DNA of 20,000 bases from an uncultured virus (IMG/VR IMGVR_UViG_3300042691_003004) (Duplodnaviria; Heunggongvirae; Uroviricota; Caudoviricetes), in IMG/VR virus record IMGVR_UViG_3300042691_003004, one strand, 5' to 3'. Both the position numbers and the translations under genes were made by a program. This document shows, piece by piece, positions 1-7,600 of the stretch; the stretch's first letter is position 1, and each line of letters begins with the position of its first letter. The notes under the pieces were generated by a model. That model was not told the origin of the DNA. It made no database searches and worked only from the letters and a program-made list of their open reading frames with translations.

Positions 1-787
1 TAGCCATTGCACCGACACCGGCACCGTACGCGCCTTCTTCACCCGATCCGGCCAACACTTCTTGGCTGGGGTCGTACACACCTTTGGCAATGAGGTTCTG
101 TGCAATCTTTTGAGCAGCTTCGGTAGCGCCCTCGATCCCACCACGAGCCAGCGCGGTAGTGATGATGCTTTTCATTGGCCCGATGTTCGGGGCCAGAATA
201 TCCAGCAAGCCGGTTGGTGCACCCAACAGGGTAGCGGTGCGACGCTCCTCGGCAGACGCGCCTTTAGACTCGGCAGCTTCACGGGCTTCACCGGCACCAG
301 CAGCAACACCAAGACCACCAGCGGCTACACGCCCAGCGACTCCCGCAGGGCCCATCAAGAAGAACGGTATCGTTGAGCCCAGACCTTCACCAAGCCTGCG
401 CCCAACTGATTCTTCATATCCACGCCCAGCTTCAAACGGCTTCTTGGCTACGCCTGCGATCTCTTTGATCTTTTCACGCGCAGCCTTTTCCGTCTCGTCG
501 GGAAGCATGGCTGCGATACCAGTTCCTGCGGTCTCAGCAAGACCGATGGCACCGGGGGCAAGCCCTTTGAAAAACTCTTTGACGTTACCGCCAACCGTGG
601 TCTCAGGCTCGGGCTCAGGACGCGGAGCCATGCGTGCTTCACGCTGGCGACGCTCTAACTCCCGCAAGCGCTCCTGCGCGGATGACCCACGCATGGACTC
701 CGCAATCTGCGCTAACCGCTGCGCTGCTTGGACATCTCCTGCTGCATCTGCGTTACGCAGCGCGGTTAGCACTTCTTGGAGAGTCAT
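1..787 (-). CDS. Large putative internal virion/ejection (polyvalent-type) protein, N-terminal ~262 aa; runs off the window edge
   Basis: Missing from the ORF track because it has no stop in the window. ATG at 787, 2 nt after the upstream TAA (790-792). Manual translation is open to the edge: MTLQEVLTALRNADAAGDVQAAQRLAQIAESMRG...GLGSTIPFFLMGPAGVAGRVAAGGLGVAAGAGEA...GGIEGATEAAQKIAQNLIAKGVYDP. The Gly/Ala-rich hydrophobic character and last position in the cluster support the product call by inference. Confidence 0.85.
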   Translation of the reverse strand, partial: MTLQEVLTALRNADAAGDVQAAQRLAQIAESMRGSSAQERLRELERRQREARMAPRPEPEPETTVGGNVKEFFKGLAPGAIGLAETAGTGIAAMLPDETEKAAREKIKEIAGVAKKPFEAGRGYEESVGRRLGEGLGSTIPFFLMGPAGVAGRVAAGGLGVAAGAGEAREAAESKGASAEERRTATLLGAPTGLLDILAPNIGPMKSIITTALARGGIEGATEAAQKIAQNLIAKGVYDPSQEVLAGSGEEGAYGAGVGAMA

Positions 788-789
788 AA

Positions 790-2679
790 TTACTTACCTT
801 TCATGTACTTATCGACCAGCGCCTTGTCTGCGGCGGATAAATCTGCCGCTGATTTACTGCCACTTATCTGCGAACGATATACGTCCATACGCGCACGAAC
901 AATATCTTCTAGGTCATTCAACTCTTTACGTTTCGCATCTAGCTCGGCTTGTTCTTCTTTAGTAAACCCCTTGACATTTATTGCCCGTTTTTGTTCAAGC
1001 ACCTTGATGGCAGCGGCAACATCAGTTTTCTGTAGCGCTTCAAGCCCACGCTGCTCTAGCCGGTTAACATCCTGCAAAAGGCGTCCACGGTGCGCTTCTG
1101 ACGTTTGCGATTGCATCGCCTGCTTAATTTCCAACTGGATGCGATTACTATCGGCTGCGATCTTCTCACGTGAATCGCGGTCGAGCTTACCCTCAACCTG
1201 CTTGAAGTTACGATCAAGTTCACCTTCAACACGCTTATAGCCTGCTTCCAAACCACTACGCTGCCCAGCAGCAGCCTCCCGCAACGCAGCGAGACCACCT
1301 TCAATGCTGGGCTTGATACCTTCGCGTTCCAAGCTAACCAGACCTTCGCGGCCCTTCTGCATCGCCTCAAAGTCTTTTAAGCGCTGCTCACGTTGTGCGC
1401 GCTCCGTGCCCAAGGACGCTTGTGCTCCGGCACCAAGAACTCCATACCGACGACCCCCTGCACCGGTCAAGAAGGAGATCAACTGGTCCTCCCGCATCTT
1501 CTCCCGGTTATACGCTTCGTCAAACATCTTCTGACGCTCAGCGCTGCCTTTTTCATATACGGCGCGTTGCTCGGGAGTTAGCGCAAAAGCCCTGCGAATT
1601 TCTTCTTGTTTTTGCCGGTCAGCCTCTTGCGGGTTTCTACGCATCAAATCAGCAGCAGTCGTGTCCACGAGCCCAGCCAGCCCCATAGCAGGAGCGTTCA
1701 TTGACGGCGCAGTCGGAGGCGTCGGAGTGGCAGAGGGAGCCGCAGGAGTAGTAGGCGCAGCGGCGGTGGGGGGAGCCGGGGGGCGCGGCGGTGCAGCGGC
1801 TGCGGGAGGCGTAGCGACTGTGGGGGGCGTAGCGACTGCGGGCGGTTGTACGGGCTGTCTTAGCCGAGCCGTTTCAGCAGGGGATTCGTTTAACGCCGCC
1901 TCTGTGGCGGCTTCTGCTCTTTGAAAACGTCCAGCCGCACCTAAATCCTGACGACTCATAACTGGCCGATCTAACCCAGCCGCAGAAGTTTCTGCGCTAT
2001 AACTTCTTTGCGCCTCTGCTAATGCTGTTTCGGCTGCACGTAATTCTTCTTGCGCAGCGCGGAATCCTTCAGGGTCTTGTTGTCGTTGACGTAAGCCGTA
2101 CTTATATAGCGCCTCTTGCGCAGTTCGACGACGTTCACGGGCTTTATCTACATCACCACCACTTGAAAACGCAACAATGCCACCAGCGGCCATCATCTTA
2201 GGCTGTGCAGCGGCCTGAGCACCGGGCGCGCGAGCAATCCCACTCATGAGCTTTTGCATCATGCCTTGCTGTTGTGCTTGCTGCTGTTGGGCGGTCTCAC
2301 CCCGCTGCTGTGCCAACTCGTTCTTAGTCATTTCCATGACTTCTTTTTCGCGCTGTTGCGCAATAGTCATGGGAGTTTCGCCTTGCGCGGCTTGCTGTTG
2401 ACCCATGGCCAACTGCATCTGCCGAGCGGCAGCTTCTTTTTCTGACTTAATCTTTTGCAGCGCCAGTAGGTCAAGGAGGTCTTGCGACATCTGATAGCGC
2501 TGTTGCAAGGGTGCGGGGTTACCCCGGTATGCGGCCACGCGGTCTTCAACCGAACCAAGTCCCGCCATGGGGCTAGCCTTGTTGGGAGAAGGCATCGGCT
2601 GTTGTGGTTGTTGAGGCTGCTGCGGTGGGCGTCCCTGAGCCATGAGCCCCATGATTCCTTGTGCGTTTGGTGCTTGCAT
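790..2679 (-). CDS. Putative internal virion/DNA-ejection protein, 629 aa
   Basis: Long ORF with AAGGA upstream of the ATG. Gln/Met/Pro-rich N-terminus, MAAGGIVAFSSGG motif, Pro/Ala/Thr linker, then a charged helical (coiled-coil-like) C-terminus. Function inferred from composition and position. Confidence 0.8.
   Translation of the reverse strand: MQAPNAQGIMGLMAQGRPPQQPQQPQQPMPSPNKASPMAGLGSVEDRVAAYRGNPAPLQQRYQMSQDLLDLLALQKIKSEKEAAARQMQLAMGQQQAAQGETPMTIAQQREKEVMEMTKNELAQQRGETAQQQQAQQQGMMQKLMSGIARAPGAQAAAQPKMMAAGGIVAFSSGGDVDKARERRRTAQEALYKYGLRQRQQDPEGFRAAQEELRAAETALAEAQRSYSAETSAAGLDRPVMSRQDLGAAGRFQRAEAATEAALNESPAETARLRQPVQPPAVATPPTVATPPAAAAPPRPPAPPTAAAPTTPAAPSATPTPPTAPSMNAPAMGLAGLVDTTAADLMRRNPQEADRQKQEEIRRAFALTPEQRAVYEKGSAERQKMFDEAYNREKMREDQLISFLTGAGGRRYGVLGAGAQASLGTERAQREQRLKDFEAMQKGREGLVSLEREGIKPSIEGGLAALREAAAGQRSGLEAGYKRVEGELDRNFKQVEGKLDRDSREKIAADSNRIQLEIKQAMQSQTSEAHRGRLLQDVNRLEQRGLEALQKTDVAAAIKVLEQKRAINVKGFTKEEQAELDAKRKELNDLEDIVRARMDVYRSQISGSKSAADLSAADKALVDKYMKGK
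1808..1838. repeat. 18-nt-period duplication (ggcgtagcgactg twice) in a Pro/Ala linker
   Basis: Identical 13-mers at 1808-1820 and 1826-1838, encoding ...PPAVATPPTVATPP... Confidence 0.8.
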
Positions 2680-2688
2680 AGTATGTCC

Positions 2689-3630
2689 TTAAGGGCCAGT
2701 CGTGCCGGATGAAGCGGGAGCGGGAGCCGGAGCGGGAGCCGGAGCGGGAGCCGGAGCGGGGGCCGGAGCGGGGGCCGGAGCGGGGGCCGGAGCTGGAGCA
2801 GCAGGCGCAGCGTCTGGGAACAAGAGCCTGTACAGTTGCATCAACCCACCAGACTCACTGAGCATTTGTGATATTGCACTAGGTTGTGAGTACGAGTAAG
2901 TTTGCGCAGCCAGCGGCAACCCTTGAAGGAGCGACTGCATGTACTGCACTTGCTTGTACGGGTAGTCACGTTCTTCTTGGAACTGCTTGAGGTCCGCCGC
3001 AATACCCTCTTGCTCGATAGCACGCTCTTGCGCACCAAGTTCGGCTTGTTTGCCAAGCGCCGCAAGGCCATAGTTTTGAGCAGCGGCAGTAGCTTGCTGC
3101 CTTTGATCTTGTTCCCGATTGAACTGGGCCATGGCCTGATCGTAGGCTGTTTTGTACCCCTGCCCGGTTATGTTGGACAGGTTAGCCAACAAGGCGCGGT
3201 CGCCCTCAGATTCCATGACTGCCTGCCGACCACCCCCAAACGCACCGGCCCGCGTAAGCCGGGCAGCGTTATTCATACGTTGAATGTCTGCTTGCCGACG
3301 AGCTTCTGCAATCTGGGGGTCCAGCGCCGCAGTCAAATACGGGTTCATCAACCGTTGCGCTTCTTGCGCTGAGAACTGAGTAGGCGTAAACGCCTTCATC
3401 TGCTCGGTGGGGATAGTCAGCCCCGCAATACCTTGAAACGCAGTCTGCTGAGTACCTGACGGCCCCGCAGTTAGGGGGCCTTGGTACGCTTTATAGTCTT
3501 GCTCGGCAAGAGCTTGACCCTTACCCAACATACCGGTGACATAATCACCGGCCCAGTTTGATAGTGAGGATTCGGTGCCAGTTTGCTGGCCCACACCAGT
3601 GTTGGCAGAACTTGCGGCGTTATCAGGCAT
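2689..3630 (-). CDS. Putative DNA transfer/ejection protein, 313 aa, with a C-terminal (Pro-Ala)14 tail
   Basis: Gln/Ala/Gly-rich helical protein with MNPY and AGAFGGGRQAV motifs, which I recognise from podophage-like injection proteins. GAGGT upstream of the ATG. Confidence 0.75.
   Translation of the reverse strand: MPDNAASSANTGVGQQTGTESSLSNWAGDYVTGMLGKGQALAEQDYKAYQGPLTAGPSGTQQTAFQGIAGLTIPTEQMKAFTPTQFSAQEAQRLMNPYLTAALDPQIAEARRQADIQRMNNAARLTRAGAFGGGRQAVMESEGDRALLANLSNITGQGYKTAYDQAMAQFNREQDQRQQATAAAQNYGLAALGKQAELGAQERAIEQEGIAADLKQFQEERDYPYKQVQYMQSLLQGLPLAAQTYSYSQPSAISQMLSESGGLMQLYRLLFPDAAPAAPAPAPAPAPAPAPAPAPAPAPAPAPAPASSGTTGP
2713..2796. repeat. Coding tandem repeat of 14 hexamers organised as 12-nt units (agccggagcggg / ggccggagcggg), encoding (PA)14
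   Basis: Read directly: agcggg x2, (agccgg agcggg) x3, (ggccgg agcggg) x2, ggccgg agctgg. Confidence 0.97.
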
Positions 3631-3638
3631 GGTTTACC

Positions 3639-4619
3639 TCACACAGGGAGAAACTTATTCGGGTTAATCTGTTTGCCCTGTTTGGTATTACCAGTACGGG
3701 CCTTGCGGATTCGCTCCATCATTTCATAGAGACGTTTAGCACCAGCCTCCGAGTTGCCGTTGCCAAGATGGCCAACAACATCTGCTGGGATGACGAACTC
3801 ACCGTGGCTCAACCTAGCTTCCTGTTTCCCATCGATTCGTGCGGGAATTTTATCAGCCATGCCATCGGTTGCGCCACCTAAATATCGGCCTTGGGCAAGC
3901 GCAGTGATACCCCCATCCGCATACTTCGGCACGGGTTTATCTTGAATAACACTAGATGCCGCACGGGGTGGCTCTCGCACTTCTTCAGAAACCTGCCCAC
4001 GTTCAACCGCCGCAGTCGTGGGGCTGCGTTCTTCCCGCGCTAAATTAGCCCGATTTATAGCAGCGAGCCCGGCGGCTTGTTCTTTGGCAGCGGCGCGTTT
4101 CGTAGTAGCTTCTTCTGACGCTGGGGCCGCATACGCTATGTCACTAAAGTACCGCTGACCACCACTGCCCGGACGCCGGGTGGGGTCATATTGACTACCT
4201 TCAACGGATTCACGGATTGCTTCAAGTTTGGGAATCTTGCCTTGATAGCCGGTCTTTTCTTGGGGGCGCGTAGATTGATACAGGCCATACAGCCCACCTG
4301 CGGCAGCAGCTACTTTCTTCCAGTCGGTCGAACCATCAGACTTCGTAAACGCCCCGACAAGCTGTTTGGCGACGCTGGACCCTAGCCTTGATAGTTGATT
4401 ACCTATCGTTAATTGTTCGTTTTCAGTCAGATAACGCAAATCATATGGCGTACCTGTTGGGTCGGTCCAAACCCCGTTCAAGTAAGACCAACCAGTCATA
4501 GACTGCGTGCCGGACGTGTTATCTAGCGGTCCAGTATTTTGTGGCCCCCTACTTATTTCTTCTCCGGAGTCGTCAGTTGTAACGTACTCACCCGTGGTCT
4601 CGTCGTAATAGCCCGCCAT
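3639..4619 (-). CDS. Putative internal virion protein, 326 aa, with a C-terminal DGMADKIPA...RLSHGEFVIPADVV domain
   Basis: ORF starts 1 nt after the upstream TGA. The C-terminal segment YADGG...GGATDGMADKIPARIDGKQEARLSHGEFVIPADVVGHLGNGNSEAGAKRLYEMM matches the phage SD-x-IPA-x-LS-x-GEFV signature as I recall it. Confidence 0.8.
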   Translation of the reverse strand: MAGYYDETTGEYVTTDDSGEEISRGPQNTGPLDNTSGTQSMTGWSYLNGVWTDPTGTPYDLRYLTENEQLTIGNQLSRLGSSVAKQLVGAFTKSDGSTDWKKVAAAAGGLYGLYQSTRPQEKTGYQGKIPKLEAIRESVEGSQYDPTRRPGSGGQRYFSDIAYAAPASEEATTKRAAAKEQAAGLAAINRANLAREERSPTTAAVERGQVSEEVREPPRAASSVIQDKPVPKYADGGITALAQGRYLGGATDGMADKIPARIDGKQEARLSHGEFVIPADVVGHLGNGNSEAGAKRLYEMMERIRKARTGNTKQGKQINPNKFLPV

Positions 4620-4620
4620 A

Positions 4621-7600
4621 TCAACCCCTCAGAAGTTTCAGCAGTTCGTCGTTAACATCATCCATTTCATCTCGCACGACGCCCCCTTGGGCATAGGCTC
4701 CGTATGGTGACGCAAACATCTTTTGCTGCTGCGGATTCGCAAAGATGCTACTCCAGTCGTAAATGTACCCAATCTTGGCTGGATCAGCCTGTTTTACCGT
4801 AACTTGTTGACCGCCAAGGTCCTGAGCTTGGCTGAGCATATTTAGCAGGGTATTGAACCCGCCTCGCCGCTGCGTCGTTAGCGTTTGTGCCGCATTAGCC
4901 CGTGCAAGCGCATCGGTACGTTCTTGCGCCGCAGTAGCAGTATCTGCAATCTGTCTTTGCAGGTCAGCCTGTGTGGTGCCCAACTGCGACAAAACATCTT
5001 TGAACCCGGCAGCGGTATCGGCCTGCACCGCCTGAATTGCCGTGTTGAGGTCAATACCTTGTTTTGTCAGAAGGTCGGTCAGGTCTTTCTGACCTTGACT
5101 GAGCCCAGCGTACTTAGTCTGAAGGTCAGTTTGAAGGTCAGTAATTTGCTTTTGTGCGGTCTGCGCAGCAGTGCCGATTGCCGCATAGACTCCCGTAGCG
5201 GGCACAACATTGCCATTCTGGTCAATCGTCTGCGGCGTGCCGATCTGGCTTTGAATGTCCGTCTTGGTTTTGCCAAGCTGTAACGAAACATCATCAATAG
5301 CTCGGCTTAGCGCGTCATCCCGCTTGATGCCCGCCGCTTCATACTCAGCTACCTTGTCGAGTACGGTTTTTTGCACCGTGGCGGCGGACGTTTCCAGCGC
5401 CGCGTAGATACCGGTAGCCGGTACGGCCTTACCTTGTGCATCAACAGATGCAGGAGTGCCGATCTGCCCAAGGATTGAGGCTTCTGTAAGCCCTAGCGCA
5501 TCTGATACATCCTTGACCGCCGCAGCCAGTGCATCATCACGCTTTAACCCTGCGGCTTCATACTCAGCAACCTTATCGAGTACGTTCTTTTGTACCCCAG
5601 CTAATCCCGTTTCAAGCGTTTTGTATATGCCGGTTGCGGCAACTACGTTGCCACTCGCGTCGGTCGTTGCAGGTGTACCGATCTGTTCAAGAATTTCTGT
5701 CTTGGACTTACCAACACTTGCCGCTACATCGGTGACCGCTTTGTCTAACGCTACATCCCGCCTGATACCCGCCGCCTCGTACTCGGCCATCTTATCGAGT
5801 ACGTTCTTTTGTACGCTAGCCAGCCCTGTTTCGAGCGCTTTGTACACCCCAGTTGCAGCGATAGGGTTACCGTCTGCATCGACGGTTGCGGGTGCGCCAA
5901 TCTGCCCAAGAATTTCTGTTTTGGACTTACCAACACTTGCAGCTACGTCGGTGATGGCTTTATCCAGTGCCTCATCACGTTTAATACCCGCAGCTTCGTA
6001 CTCGGCCATTTTGTCGAGTACGTTCTTTTGCACCGCCGCAACGTCTTTGGAGGTTGCATAACCTTCCAACGCCAGCTCGACTGCGGTCTTTACATCATCC
6101 GTAGTCGTCAGGTCTGCTGTTGCATTGGTGACAACTTCAATAACATCGTCGATGTTGAGGCCGGGGTTGGCCTCCATGTACGTCTTGATAGTGTCTGCGA
6201 CATCAGTCTTACTAATCCCGGGAGGGAACTTGATGTTGGCAATTGCAGTGTCGATATCTTCTTTAGTGGCAAACCCTTTGGTAGCCTCAGTAATTGCTGC
6301 TGATACATCCGCCTTATTGAGCGGCGGGTTGTCTGTCATGTACTGAGCGATAGCGGCGGTAACGTCTTTCGCGTTCAGCCCCGGGTTGTCCGTCATGTAC
6401 TTGGAAATCGCTGCGCTCACATCCTCCTTACTAATGCCAGCCGGGAACTTGATGTTGGCAATCGCAGTATCAATGTCAGCCTTAGTAGCAAAGCCTTTGG
6501 TAGCCTCAGTAATGGTGTCCTTAACATCTTTCGACGTGGCTAGACCTTTTACCGCCTCATTGACGACATTTGTGACATCCGTGGCGTTGAGCCCCGGGTT
6601 GTCCGTCATGTACTTGGTGATTGCGTCAGTGACATCCTGTTGGGTCAAGTTGTCCTTCTGCGACAACGACTCAATCTGTGCAAGCACCGAGTTGTACCGC
6701 GCAGGCTCAAGATTTGCCTCAGCTTTAGCCGCAAGATCAGCTTGCGAGTACTGCCCCACCAGCTTCTGCACGTCTGCATCGGTAGGCTGCTTTAGCCCAA
6801 GCGCGGCGTATGCGTCACGTACTTCCTGCGCACTCACCATGTTTTTGTCGGCGTACTCAGCGATTTTTGTCGCTTGCTCAGCCTCGTTGACTTGGCCAAC
6901 AAATGTACGCACCTCAGCGTCAGTCGGGTTGTAGCCCCTTTCGGTGAGGTACTTTTTAGCCTCATCAAACGTAACTTGGATGGGGTTGATGTACTCACTG
7001 ATTGCTTTGCTAGCGTCTTCTTCGGCGCGTGGCCCCGGCGTAGTCCAGCCAGTTTCGGTAGCCGGTACGGGAACGTCGCTTCGTCCACTTGCAGCTTTGA
7101 GCAAGTTCAGTGCATCTACTGCACTAATTGTCCCATCACCATTCCAGTCATACTTTGGGTCATATTTTGCGCTACCACGTTTAACCCCAAAGCGCGCCCT
7201 AGCAGCATCAACATCCGCTCGGGTCGGCAATCCTAGTTTTGTAGTGAACTGCTGAACTTCAGCGTCAGTTGGCACAAACCCACGATCCGTGAAAAATTTC
7301 TTGGCTTCGTCAAACGTCGTAGACGTGGGGTCAAGTGTTGCTGCAAGTTTTGCCGACAACGCCGCTTCGTCACCTTGCTGTACGTATGTCTGCGCTTGAT
7401 ATTCAGTAAGCTGGATGCCTTCTTTCTTAGCAATCTCTACCACTTCTTTGGCGTCGAGCTTGTTCTGGTCAACAAACTTGTTGATGTTTGTGAACGTTAA
7501 CGTGTCAGCAAGCTGACCCACAAACCCCTTAACGGTGTTTTCGTCAGGCACAAAATTACTGGCGCGGAAAATTTCAGCTACCGCAGACTCAGACAACACA

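Noticed and set aside
159..962. 267-aa plus-strand ORF, and the overlapping 62..376 and 776..1240 ORFs
   Set aside because: Antisense shadows of the real minus-strand genes (1..787 and 790..2679). Ser/Pro/Ala/Arg-rich, with no recognisable motifs.
2702..2899. Plus-strand (Gly-Ala)n ORF resembling a silk-like peptide
   Set aside because: It is the reverse complement of the (Pro-Ala)14 tract, with no independent support.
5158..6033. 219-nt repeats as a possible diversity-generating retroelement template/variable pair
   Set aside because: The copies are tandem, in-frame and coding; differences are not confined to adenines; no reverse transcriptase is in the window.
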